From contig JBKJLC010000276.1 of the NCBI GenBank assembly GCA_046597055.1, positions 1 to 32,865 of the forward strand: a stretch of DNA of 32,865 bases, in the 5' to 3' direction. Below are positions 7,052 to 17,194 of the stretch, piece after piece. Origin of the DNA: Kofleriaceae bacterium. GTDB taxonomy: Bacteria > Myxococcota_A > Polyangia > Haliangiales > Haliangiaceae. The notes under the pieces are model-generated. The model was not told the DNA's origin and searched no databases. It saw only the letters and a list, made by a program, of their open reading frames with translations. The number at the start of each line of letters is the position of its first letter. The stretch's first letter is position 1. The position numbers and the translations under genes are program-made.

Positions 7052-8776
7052 ATGCCGACGGAGCTACAGGCACCAGCGGCGGGTCCGCCGACCGGTCAGC
7101 GGCCGCGCTCGTCGATCGCGGTGCAGATGATCGCGTCGACCGCGGTGCTGCTCGCGGTGGTGGTCGTGGTGTTCTTCGCGATCACGTGGGTGCAGCTCGA
7201 CAAGCTCGCCGACGAGCAGGCCGAGGCCCGCGGCGAAGCGGTCGACCAGGTGACCCGACAGACCGGCGTGTCGATCAGCCAGACCATCGCCGCCGCCAGC
7301 TCGGTCGCGCTGGCCGAGGGCGGCTACACGTTCATCCAGCGGCTGCTCGAGACCACCGCGCGGTCGAGCCCCGACGTGCTGTGGATGGTGGTGGCCGACG
7401 AGTCGGGGCGGATCGTCGCCGACTCGCGCGGCGCGCGCGGGGTGGCGCGCGCGGCGCCGCTGCCGCCCGCGGTCGCCGTTCAGGCGCGGGCTCGGCCGGG
7501 CGCGTCGGTCGAGCTGCCGCGCGCGGGCGCCGGCCCGCGGATCCTGGCCACGGCGATCCTCGGCCGCGACGAGCTGGCCGATGGCGCCGACGAGTGGACC
7601 GCGCCGGACGCGGTGGTCGCGCCGGCGGAGGTGATCGGCTTCGTCGAGGTCGCGACCGACACCGGCGTCCACGAGCGCGAGGCGGCCCGGGCCCGCCAGG
7701 CCGCGCGCGAGCGGGTCGGCGACACCGCCCGGCTGGCGGCGATCGCCGCGGTGGTCCTGCTGGTGCTGGGCGTGGTCGTCGCGGTCCAGCAGAGCCTCGG
7801 GATCGCGCGGCCGCTGCGCCAGCTGTCGGCGCAGGCGCGGCGGATCGCGCACGGCGAGATCGGCCAGGTCGAGCCGTCGGGCGCCGCCGAGATCCGCGAG
7901 CTGTCGACCAACCTCAACCACATGGCGACCCGGCTCGGCCAGCTCCTGGTCGAGACCGCCAAGAAGGCCTCGCTCGAGAAGGAGGTCGAGATCGCGCAGC
8001 TGGTGCAGAAATCGCTGGTGCCACCGTCGCGGCTGGTCCGGGTCGACAGCATCGACCTGGTCGGCTACTTCGAGCCGGCCAGCAAGTGCGCCGGCGACTG
8101 GTGGCTGTGGCGCCAGCTCGAGAACGGCCGCGTGCTCCTGCTGATCGGCGACGTCACCGGCCACGGCCTGCCGTCGGCGCTGATCGCGGCGACCGCGATC
8201 GGCAGCGCGCAGACCCTGCCCCGCAACGTCACCGCCGATCGCGCGCTCATGCACCTCAACGACGCGGTGCTGCGCGCCGCTCGCGGCGAGTTCGCGATGA
8301 GCTGCTTCGCCGCGGTGATCGACGCCGAGCGCCAGGTGATCGAGTTCTCGAGCGCCGGCCATCCCCTGCCCTACATCGTGCGCCGCGCCGGCAAGAAGCA
8401 CGAGCTGGCCTCGCTGGTCGCGCGCGGGCCGCTGCTCGGGATCCACGAGGTGCCGCAGTTCAAGCTGGTCGAGCGGCCGCTGCAGCCCGACGACGTGATC
8501 GTGCTGTTCACCGACGGGGTCACCGAGAGCCGCGGCCCGGACGGCACCGACTGGGGCGAGCGCCGCATGCAGCGCGCGCTGCTCGAGAGCGTCCAGCCGG
8601 CCAGCGACGCCGACCTGCGGCCGACCCTGACCGACGTCCGCGGCCGCATCATCGGCGCCCTGCGCGCGTTCGCCGGCGACGGCCCGCCGCGCGACGACAT
8701 CACGCTGGTGCTTGCGCAGATCAAGCCGACCGCGGTCGCCCGGCCGCGGGTGAAGAGCGTCTCCGGCGCCGGCTAG
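7052..8776 (+). CDS. Membrane-bound HAMP + SpoIIE/PP2C (RsbU-like) serine phosphatase (574 aa)
   Basis: Two TM helices (AVLLAVVVVVFFAITW; AAIAAVVLLVLGVVVAV) flank a periplasmic domain; HAMP IARPLRQLSAQARRIAHG...EIRELSTNLNHMA; PP2C motifs AGDWW, IGDVTGHG, SAGHP, FTDGVTE, DDIT all intact. Confidence 0.92.
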   Translation: MPTELQAPAAGPPTGQRPRSSIAVQMIASTAVLLAVVVVVFFAITWVQLDKLADEQAEARGEAVDQVTRQTGVSISQTIAAASSVALAEGGYTFIQRLLETTARSSPDVLWMVVADESGRIVADSRGARGVARAAPLPPAVAVQARARPGASVELPRAGAGPRILATAILGRDELADGADEWTAPDAVVAPAEVIGFVEVATDTGVHEREAARARQAARERVGDTARLAAIAAVVLLVLGVVVAVQQSLGIARPLRQLSAQARRIAHGEIGQVEPSGAAEIRELSTNLNHMATRLGQLLVETAKKASLEKEVEIAQLVQKSLVPPSRLVRVDSIDLVGYFEPASKCAGDWWLWRQLENGRVLLLIGDVTGHGLPSALIAATAIGSAQTLPRNVTADRALMHLNDAVLRAARGEFAMSCFAAVIDAERQVIEFSSAGHPLPYIVRRAGKKHELASLVARGPLLGIHEVPQFKLVERPLQPDDVIVLFTDGVTESRGPDGTDWGERRMQRALLESVQPASDADLRPTLTDVRGRIIGALRAFAGDGPPRDDITLVLAQIKPTAVARPRVKSVSGAG

Positions 8777-8855
8777 CGCCAGCGATCGAGGCTCGTGAAT
8801 GCCAGCGCCGGTGGGGCCGGCATGGCGACCCACAAGCGAGCGGCAGCCGCGACGG

Positions 8856-9110
8856 TCACGGCGGCGGTGGCGAGGCGCAGCTGTCCTCGCACTGGCGCGT
8901 GATCGTCTCGATGCTGGTCGCCTGCATCTGGCGGGCGCGGACGCAGTCGGCGACGCACGCGGACGGCGGCGCATCCACGGCCGTCGCCGCGTCGGCGGGC
9001 GTGGCCGGGCCGGTCGGCCGGTTGACGAGCGGGACCGCGGTCGGCCCCGGGCTTGGCTCGGACGCGCCGCACGCGGCGAGCCCGAGCGCGAGCAAGACGG
9101 CGCGGCTCAT
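8856..9110 (-). CDS. Small lipoprotein with two CxxxC motifs (84 aa)
   Basis: [14 protein letters not shown] lipobox; ATGA overlap with the sucB stop; Pro/Ala linker, then CVADC...CEDSC. Confidence 0.65.
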   Translation of the reverse strand: MSRAVLLALGLAACGASEPSPGPTAVPLVNRPTGPATPADAATAVDAPPSACVADCVRARQMQATSIETITRQCEDSCASPPPP

Positions 9111-10363
9111 AGCTCGAGCAACATGCGGTCGGGCGCCTCGAGCCGGTCCTTGACCGCAACCAGGAACGAGACCGCCTCGCGGCCGTCGACCACCCGGTGG
9201 TCGTAGGTCAACGCGACGTACATCATCGGGCGGATCACGATCTGGTCGGCGACCACCATCGGACGCTTGACGATGTTGTGCATCCCGAGGATGCCGGTCT
9301 GCGGGTAGTTCAGCAGCGGGGTCGACATCATCGAGCCGTAGATGCCGCCGTTGGTGATGCTGAAGGTGCCACCCAGCAGATCGTCGAGCGCGAGCTTGCC
9401 GGCGCGCGCCTTCTCGGCGAGCGCCAGGATGCCCTTCTCGATCTCGGCGAACGACAGCGTGTCGACGTCGCGGAGCACCGGCACCACCAGGCCCTTCGGG
9501 GTCGAGACCGCGATGCCGAAGTCGTAGTGCTTCTTGTAAACGATGCTGTTGCCCGCGACCTCGGCGTTGATGCCGGGATAGAGCTTGCTGGCCGCGACAC
9601 ACGCCTTCGCGAAGAACGACATGAAGCCGAGCTTCACGCCGTGGGCTTTCTCGAAGCTGTCCTTGTAGCGGGCGCGGGTGTCCATCACCGCGGTCATGTC
9701 GACCTCGTTGAAGGTCGTGAGCGACGCGGTCTCGTGCTGGGCCTGGACCAGGCGCTCGGCGACCCGCTTGCGCAAGGTCGACATCGGCACGACCTCGTCG
9801 CGCGGATCGATCGGGCGGGCTGGCGTCGGCGCCGGGGTGCCCGCCGCCGGGGCCGCCGCCGCCACGGTCGGGACCACGCCGCGCTCGCGGGCGATCCGCC
9901 GCTGCGACGGCGACAGCTTGAGCAGCGCCTCGTCGTCGAGCTTGCCGGCGCCATCGCCAGCCTTGGCCGCTGCCTTGGGCGCGGCCGGCGCCGCCTTGGG
10001 CTCGGCCGCCCCGGGCGGCGCCGCCGCCGGAGCCTTGGCCGCCGCGGGTGCGAGCGCCTTCGTGGCAGGTGCGGGTGCGACGGCCGCGACCGGCGCCGGC
10101 TCGGCCTTGGCCGCGGCCTTGCCGGCGGCGCCGGCGGTGACCGCGCCGACCACCTGGCCGACCTTGACGGTGGCGCCCTCGGCGACCGCCTGGGCCGACA
10201 GCGCGCCGGCGACCGGCGACGGGAGCTGCACGGTGACCTTGTCGGTCTCGAGATCGATCAGCGGCTCGTCGAGCAGGACCTGGTCGCCGACCTGCTTGAG
10301 CCAGCGGGCCACCACCGCCTCCGTGATCGACTCGCCGAGCTGGGGAACTACGAGATCAGCCAT
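9107..10363 (-). CDS. sucB: 2-oxoglutarate dehydrogenase E2, dihydrolipoamide succinyltransferase
   Basis: Lipoyl motif LETDKV, Ala/Pro linker, [18 protein letters not shown], catalytic YDHRVVDG; directly downstream of sucA; AGAGG SD. Confidence 0.97.
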   Translation of the reverse strand: MADLVVPQLGESITEAVVARWLKQVGDQVLLDEPLIDLETDKVTVQLPSPVAGALSAQAVAEGATVKVGQVVGAVTAGAAGKAAAKAEPAPVAAVAPAPATKALAPAAAKAPAAAPPGAAEPKAAPAAPKAAAKAGDGAGKLDDEALLKLSPSQRRIARERGVVPTVAAAAPAAGTPAPTPARPIDPRDEVVPMSTLRKRVAERLVQAQHETASLTTFNEVDMTAVMDTRARYKDSFEKAHGVKLGFMSFFAKACVAASKLYPGINAEVAGNSIVYKKHYDFGIAVSTPKGLVVPVLRDVDTLSFAEIEKGILALAEKARAGKLALDDLLGGTFSITNGGIYGSMMSTPLLNYPQTGILGMHNIVKRPMVVADQIVIRPMMYVALTYDHRVVDGREAVSFLVAVKDRLEAPDRMLLEL

Positions 10364-10422
10364 GATGTCCTCTTGCCTGCCGAACCAAACGGTCTCCGAC
10401 GTCTACCAGACTTCACGCGCGC

Positions 10423-13272
10423 TCACCGGGAGAACGCCGCCTTGAAGATGCGCTCCTGCTCGAGCCCGTGCGCCTTGTGTGACCCGGTGGCCGGGCTGGC
10501 GCTGGCGTCGCGGCTCACGCACCTTACCGGCCGGTCGAGCAGGCGGGCCAGCCGCGGGACGATGAAGGTCGCCGCGCCCATGTTCTCGGGCTCGTCCTGC
10601 ACCCACGCGACGTCGTCGAGCTTGGCGAAGTCGGCCAGGGTCGCGGCCAGCTGGTCGGCGCGGAACGGGTACAGCTGCTCGATGCGCGCGATCGTGGTGG
10701 TGTCGTCGCCGCGCCGCTTCCGCTCCTCGACCAGCTCGTAATAGATCTTGCCGGTGCACAGCAGCCCGCGCTTGGCCGCGGTCGCCGGCACCAGCGGGTC
10801 GGGCAGCACCCGCTGGAAGGTGCCGGAGGTCAGCTCGTCGACCGTCGAGGTCGCGGCGGGAAGTCGCAGCAGGCTCTTGGGGGTCATCACGATCAACGGC
10901 TTGCGCCACGGCCGCTTCACCTGCCGGCGCAGCAGGTGGAACATCTGCGCCGGGGTGGTCGGCTGGCAGACCTGGATGTTGTCCTCGGCGCACATCTCGA
11001 GGAACCGCTCGAGGCGCGCGCTCGAGTGCTCGGGCCCCTGCCCCTCGTAGCCGTGCGGCAGGAGCAGCACCAGCCCCGACAGCCGGTGCCACTTGTCCTC
11101 GGCCGACGTGATGAACTGGTCGATGATCACCTGGGCGCCGTTGGCGAAGTCGCCGAACTGGGCCTCCCACAGGATCAGCGCGTCCGGGTAGTCGAGCGAG
11201 TAGCCCCACTCGAAGCCGAGCACGCCGGCCTCCGACAGCGGGCTGTCGTAGACGCGGCAGGTGCCCTGCTCGGCGTGCAGCGCGCACAGCGTGTTGTGCT
11301 CGGCGCCGGTCTTGATGTCGGTGATCAACGCGTGGCGATGGCTGAAGGTGCCGCGCGAGCAGTCCTGTCCGGTCAACCGGACGTTGGTGCCGTCCCACAG
11401 CAGCGAGCCGTAGGCGAGCATCTCGGCCATGCCCCAGTCGAGCGGGCGCTCGCCGCGGCCCATCTGGGCCCGTTGGTCGAGCAGGCGGACGATCTTGGGG
11501 TGCGGCGTGAAGCCGGCCGGCGGGCTGGTCATCCGCTCGGCGATCGCCGACACGACCTCGCGGGTGACCGCGGTCTCGGCGTCGGGCACCGCGTGGGCCG
11601 GGCCGCCGACGTAGCCGCGCCACAGCCCGGTCAGCGCCTGGGTCCGCGGCCGCTGGGTGGTCGAGCGCGCCGCCGCCAGCTCCTCCTCGAGCGCGCGGTT
11701 GCGGCGCTCGGTGATCGCGAGGACGTCCTCGCCGCTGACCACGGCCTCGCCCAGCAGCCGCTTGCCGTAGATCTCGACGACCGACGGCTTCTTCTGGATG
11801 CGGTCGTACATGAGCGGCTGGGTGAAGCCGGGCTCGTCCATCTCGTTGTGGCCGTACTTGCGGTAGCAGTACAGGTCGATGATCACGTCGGACGTGAAGG
11901 TCGCCCTGTAGTCCATCGCCATCTCGGTGACCTGGGCGACCGCGTCGAGGTCCTCGCCGTTCACGTGCCAGATCGGGCACTGGATCATGTGGGCGACGTC
12001 GGTCGCGTACGGCGTCGACCGGGTCTCCTGCGGCGACGCGGTGAAGCCGACCTGATTGTTCACCACGATGTGGACGGTGCCGCCGGTGCGATAGCCCTGC
12101 AGGTTGTGCAGCTGCAGCACCTCGGTGACCAGGCCCTGCCCGGCGAACGCGGCGTCGCCGTGGATCAGCATGCCCATGACCTTGCGGCGCTCGACGTCGC
12201 CGTGGCGGCGCTGCTTGGCGCGGACCCGGCCGACCACGATCGGATCGACCGCCTCGAGGTGGCTCGGGTTGAACGCCAGCGACAGGTGGACCGCGTTACC
12301 GAGCGGATCGATCCGGTCCGACGAGTAGCCGAGGTGGTACTTGACGTCGCCGCCGCCCGACAGCGCCTCGGGCTCGATGTCCTCGAACTCGGCGAAGATG
12401 TCGCGCGCCGCGCGCTGCATGATGCACTCGAGCGCGGTCAGGCGCCCGCGGTGGGCCATGCCGATCACCGCCTCGATCGCGCCGTGGCGCGCGCCGTGGG
12501 TGAGGACCAGGTCCATCATCGGGATCAGCGCCTCGCTGCCCTCGAGCGAGAACCGCTTGGTGCCGGGATACTTCACGTGACAGAAGCGCTCGAACGCCTC
12601 GGCGTTGACCAGCAACTCGAGCATGCGGCGCCGGATCGGCGCCTCGGGGGCGCGGCGCAGGGTCGTCTCCATGCGCTCGGCCAGCCAGCTGCGCTTGGCC
12701 GGCGAGTCGATGTGCGCGAGCTCGAGCCCGACCGTGCCGCAGTACACGTCGCGCAGGTGGTCGATCAGCTGGCCCAGGGTCGCGCGCGGCAGGCCATGGA
12801 CCCCGGTCGACGCCAGCTCGAGCTGCTGCTGCAGCGGCGAGAAGCCCCAGGTCGCCGGCGCCAGCTCCGACACCTGCACGCGCTGGATCAGCCCCAGCGG
12901 ATCGAGATCCGCCGCGAGGTGGCCGCGGCTGCGGAACGCGTTGACCAGCGGCCACACGCTCGGTGCGTCGGCCAGCGGGCCCAGGGTCACCTTGCCGGGG
13001 CGCTCGCTGGCGCGTCCGATCGGCGCGATCGCCGCCGCGGCCGCGATCGCGGTCGCCTGGCCGGTGCCGCGGGTGTGGCCGTTGCCCGGACGCGCCTCGG
13101 GCGCGGCGCTGGCGGTCGCCGCACCGTGGCTGCCGCTGGCGCCGTTCCCGCCGTGGCCCTCGAGCAACGCAGCCCAGCTGGGATCGACCGAGCTGGCGTC
13201 GCTCTGGTAGCGCTCCGACATCTCGTCGATGAAAGCGAGCGAGCTGGACAGGCCAAGAACGTCAGGATGCAT
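10423..13272 (-). CDS. sucA: 2-oxoglutarate dehydrogenase E1 component
   Basis: KRFSLEG, GMAHRGR, GDVKYHLG, NPSHLE, ThDP motif HGDAAFAGQG...VVNN, RGTFSHRH, WEAQFGDFANGAQ, LPHGYEGQGPEHSSARLER. Confidence 0.98.
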   Translation of the reverse strand: MHPDVLGLSSSLAFIDEMSERYQSDASSVDPSWAALLEGHGGNGASGSHGAATASAAPEARPGNGHTRGTGQATAIAAAAAIAPIGRASERPGKVTLGPLADAPSVWPLVNAFRSRGHLAADLDPLGLIQRVQVSELAPATWGFSPLQQQLELASTGVHGLPRATLGQLIDHLRDVYCGTVGLELAHIDSPAKRSWLAERMETTLRRAPEAPIRRRMLELLVNAEAFERFCHVKYPGTKRFSLEGSEALIPMMDLVLTHGARHGAIEAVIGMAHRGRLTALECIMQRAARDIFAEFEDIEPEALSGGGDVKYHLGYSSDRIDPLGNAVHLSLAFNPSHLEAVDPIVVGRVRAKQRRHGDVERRKVMGMLIHGDAAFAGQGLVTEVLQLHNLQGYRTGGTVHIVVNNQVGFTASPQETRSTPYATDVAHMIQCPIWHVNGEDLDAVAQVTEMAMDYRATFTSDVIIDLYCYRKYGHNEMDEPGFTQPLMYDRIQKKPSVVEIYGKRLLGEAVVSGEDVLAITERRNRALEEELAAARSTTQRPRTQALTGLWRGYVGGPAHAVPDAETAVTREVVSAIAERMTSPPAGFTPHPKIVRLLDQRAQMGRGERPLDWGMAEMLAYGSLLWDGTNVRLTGQDCSRGTFSHRHALITDIKTGAEHNTLCALHAEQGTCRVYDSPLSEAGVLGFEWGYSLDYPDALILWEAQFGDFANGAQVIIDQFITSAEDKWHRLSGLVLLLPHGYEGQGPEHSSARLERFLEMCAEDNIQVCQPTTPAQMFHLLRRQVKRPWRKPLIVMTPKSLLRLPAATSTVDELTSGTFQRVLPDPLVPATAAKRGLLCTGKIYYELVEERKRRGDDTTTIARIEQLYPFRADQLAATLADFAKLDDVAWVQDEPENMGAATFIVPRLARLLDRPVRCVSRDASASPATGSHKAHGLEQERIFKAAFSR

Positions 13273-13278
13273 GGCGGG

Positions 13279-13299
13279 CGGATTCTAGTGCCGAATCCG
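13279..13299 (-). promoter_or_regulatory. Putative sucA -10 box (TAGAAT) overlapped by a 7-7-7 inverted repeat
   Basis: Minus strand TAGAAT (13287-13282) 9 nt before the ATG; cggattc-tagtgcc-gaatccg inverted repeat. Confidence 0.5.
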
Positions 13300-13449
13300 A
13301 CCCGCGGCTACCGATGACCGTGCCGGGAATGTACCCGGGATCCGAGGACTTGGGCCACGTTCACCGGTCGAGCTGGCCACCGGAGACCGGACGGTGACCG
13401 CGACGTGGGTACGGCTACCAGGATTTCATCGGCGCCCGCTGGGCCCGGT

Positions 13450-15747
13450 TCAGCAGTCCGACGCGCTGGCGCAGGTCCGGACCGGATCGAGCCCCCCGCC
13501 CAGGCCACCTTGGCCGTCGCTGCCGTCGCGGACCGGCGCGGTTGGCGCGTGCGCGCCGCCATTGCCGCCCGAGCCCGCCATGCCGCCGGTGATCGCGGCG
13601 TCGTGGGTGACGGTGGCGCCCGCGACCCACGCGATGCCGACCGAGCGCCCGCCCTGGCCGCCAGCCCCGCCGCCGGCGTGACCGCCGTGACCGCCGGCGC
13701 CGCCGCTGCCCGGGACCGCCGAGCCTGGGCTCTGGCCGGGGCCATTGCCGACGCCGGGGTCCTGACCGCGACCGCCGGTGCCTCCGGGGGCGCCGGTGCC
13801 TCCGTTGCCGCGGCTGATCGCGCAGCTCGCCAGCGTCGCGCTGCCGCTGGCCACGAACACGCCGAAGCTGCCGCCGCCCCCACCACCGCCCCCGCCGCCG
13901 GCTCGCGCCGCGCAGCCACCCGCGCCGCCACCGCCACCGCCCGCACCGTACGCGTCGGTGCCGGCGTCGCAGCCGGCGCCACCGCCGCCGCCACCACCGC
14001 CGCCGCCGTTCTCGCCGGTGCTGCCGCTGTTGCCGCCGCGGGCGTACCAGTAGCCGTTGGTCGTGAAGCCGTTGGTCTGGCGGCTGCCCCCGGCACCGTT
14101 GCCGACCGCGCCCGGGTTGCCGTCGGGATCCGGGCTGCGCGCGCACGCGCCGTCGGTCTCGGTGCTGCCGTAGCCGCGCTCGCCGAGCACGCCGGCGCGG
14201 AAGTCGCCGTCAGCGCCGCTGCCTCCCTGACGCGAGGTGCAATTGCCGCACACGCCACACGACCCGCACCAGCCACAGTCGCTGTCCATCTGGCCGCCGG
14301 CGCCGCCGGCGCCGCCGTCCATGTCGCGACCCGACGGGCTCTGGCTGCAGGTGTTCGCGCCCCGCGCGCCGCCGCCGCCCCGCCCCGAGGTGTCGCAGAC
14401 GGTGTCGTACTCGCGCCCATCGCCGCCGACGCTGCCGTCCATGTACGACTGGCGTCCGACGATGACGGCGTCGGTGCCGGAGGTGCCGGGCGCCCCGGGC
14501 GCGCCGTTGCCGCCGAGGATCTGGACCCGCTCGAGCACGACGGTCGCGCCATCGACGTGCACCCCGTAGCTGCTGCGGCCGTTGCCCGCGACGGTGCCGG
14601 CGGCGTCGGGCGCGTCGATGATGACGTCGCCGATCGTCACCGGCACGATCAGGCCGTGCGCGCGCACGCCGAGGTACTCGCCGTCGCCGCCGTTGCTGGT
14701 GTCGTGGCCGCCGGTGATGGTCACCCGGTGGGCCGGGTTGCTGTACGGGCCGCGCTGCCAGCCGAAGCTGTACCCGCCCCACACGTTCACGCCGTTCACC
14801 AGCACGACCACCTCGTTGTAGGTGCCGGTCTGGACGAACACGTGGGTGCGGCCCGCGGTCGCGGCCCGGATGATGCCGTAGCTGATCGTCTGGCACGGCG
14901 CCATCGAGGTCAGGCCGCAGGTCGGCGTGTTGGCGCCGCCGCCGGCGACGAAGACACCGCGGGTGACGTCGCCGTCGATGCCGTCACAGTTGGCGTCGAC
15001 GTACGAGCCGTCGGGGTCGTCGCTGGGCGCCGGCGGCGCGCACCCGCCCCAGCCGGTGGCGCCCTGACAGGTCCGGGTGCCGCTGCACGCGGTGTTGAAC
15101 GGCGTCATGATCGTGCAGCTCTCCTGCATCCCCATGCTGGTCGCGTCGCAGTCGCACGCGCCCGACGCCGGCACGCACTGTCGGATCACCTCGCCGCCGG
15201 CCGACTGGTCCTGGCAGACGAAGCCGTTCGGGCACGCGATCGTGCGGCAGTCGCGCGCGCAGAACTCCTTGCCATCGGCGTATTCCAGGCAGCGATCGTC
15301 GCCGACCTGGAGGCACTCGGCGTCGCTGGTGCATGCCGAGCACAGCTGATCGACGACCGGCACGCACACCGCGCTGACGGTGCCGGGCTCGATGACGTCG
15401 ACCACGCCGAGACAGCCCCACGCGGTCGGGCAGTCACCGCCGATGCACTGGATCGTGCAGCGACCGCCGGTGCCGATGAAGATGCAGATGTCGGACTCGC
15501 ACTCGGTGCGATCGGCGCATGGCTCGCCGAAGCCCTTGCGGGGCCGGCCGTCGACCGCCTCGTCGCCGCCGACCACGCAGGTGCCACTGGCATCGCACTC
15601 GTACCCGGACGGACACGCGACGGTCGCATCGCACGCGCAGACCTCGGCGCCGGGATCGCAGGCGGCGCCGCCAGGCTTCGACGACGCGCATCCGGCGAGC
15701 AGGATCGCCAGCACTCCCCCGAGGACAGCCGTGATCACTGACTGCAT
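13450..15747 (-). CDS. Cys-rich and Gly-rich (PGRS-like) surface lipoprotein with a MopE-type putative metal-binding motif (765 aa)
   Basis: MQSVITAVLGGVLAILLAGC lipobox; many Cys-rich repeats; DANCDGIDGD motif; beta-helix-entry-like PCQTISYGI...VFVQTGTYNE; long GGxGGxG tracts; TAGATT 7 nt upstream of the ATG. Confidence 0.8.
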   Translation of the reverse strand: MQSVITAVLGGVLAILLAGCASSKPGGAACDPGAEVCACDATVACPSGYECDASGTCVVGGDEAVDGRPRKGFGEPCADRTECESDICIFIGTGGRCTIQCIGGDCPTAWGCLGVVDVIEPGTVSAVCVPVVDQLCSACTSDAECLQVGDDRCLEYADGKEFCARDCRTIACPNGFVCQDQSAGGEVIRQCVPASGACDCDATSMGMQESCTIMTPFNTACSGTRTCQGATGWGGCAPPAPSDDPDGSYVDANCDGIDGDVTRGVFVAGGGANTPTCGLTSMAPCQTISYGIIRAATAGRTHVFVQTGTYNEVVVLVNGVNVWGGYSFGWQRGPYSNPAHRVTITGGHDTSNGGDGEYLGVRAHGLIVPVTIGDVIIDAPDAAGTVAGNGRSSYGVHVDGATVVLERVQILGGNGAPGAPGTSGTDAVIVGRQSYMDGSVGGDGREYDTVCDTSGRGGGGARGANTCSQSPSGRDMDGGAGGAGGQMDSDCGWCGSCGVCGNCTSRQGGSGADGDFRAGVLGERGYGSTETDGACARSPDPDGNPGAVGNGAGGSRQTNGFTTNGYWYARGGNSGSTGENGGGGGGGGGGAGCDAGTDAYGAGGGGGGAGGCAARAGGGGGGGGGGSFGVFVASGSATLASCAISRGNGGTGAPGGTGGRGQDPGVGNGPGQSPGSAVPGSGGAGGHGGHAGGGAGGQGGRSVGIAWVAGATVTHDAAITGGMAGSGGNGGAHAPTAPVRDGSDGQGGLGGGLDPVRTCASASDC

Positions 15748-15823
15748 GAACGGCAATCTAACATGTGGCCTGACCACTACCGCCAGTCCTCATCGACGAG
15801 GCGTGGTCGAGATCCCGATGTAG

Positions 15824-16419
15824 TCAAGGCTGCGTGGCGGTGGGCACCGCGTCGAGCCGGGGCGCGTCGACCTGCCCGCCATCGGCGGTGATCGGCATGC
15901 CGATCCAGGTCACCAGGCTGGGCACGCCGTGCACGATCAGCCCGCCGGCGATCCGCGGCGTGGCGCTGGTGTCGATCAGCTCGAGCGAGGGCGCCCGCGC
16001 GATCAGCGCCGCGCCGGCGACCGCGAGCAGCGCCGGCATCGAGATCTGCACCAGCGCGACGTCGTCGCGGATCGAGAGCGCGCCGACCGCGGTCAGCCGC
16101 GGCAGGTACACGCCGGCGAGGTCGCCGTTGCCGGCGATCTGCAGCACGCCGCCGACGGTGGCGAGCGCCGGCAACCGCACGGTGCCGATCGCCAGGCTGG
16201 GCCCGATCACCAGGTCGCCGTCGACGCGGGCCAGCGCTTCGAGCGGCGCGAGGTCGAGCGGCGCCGCGGTCCGCACCGCGAGGCCGGCGAGCTGGACGCA
16301 GCCGGCCAGCCGATCGAGCTCGGCCTGGCTCGCGACCCGGACGATCGTGGTCGGGCACCGTCGCGGCGGGGCCGGCGACGCGTGACAGGCGGCGAGCGCG
16401 ACGACGAGGCCGCCGCGGA

Positions 16420-16426
<7 letters not shown>
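15824..16426 (-). CDS. Lipoprotein with receptor L-domain/LRR-like beta-solenoid repeats (200 aa)
   Basis: GTG 16426 overlapping the pdxJ stop; VVALAAC lipobox; about 22-23 aa repeats [51 protein letters not shown]. Confidence 0.65.
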
Positions 16427-17178
<752 letters not shown>

Positions 17179-17194
17179 GGCTACTCTCGCCCGG

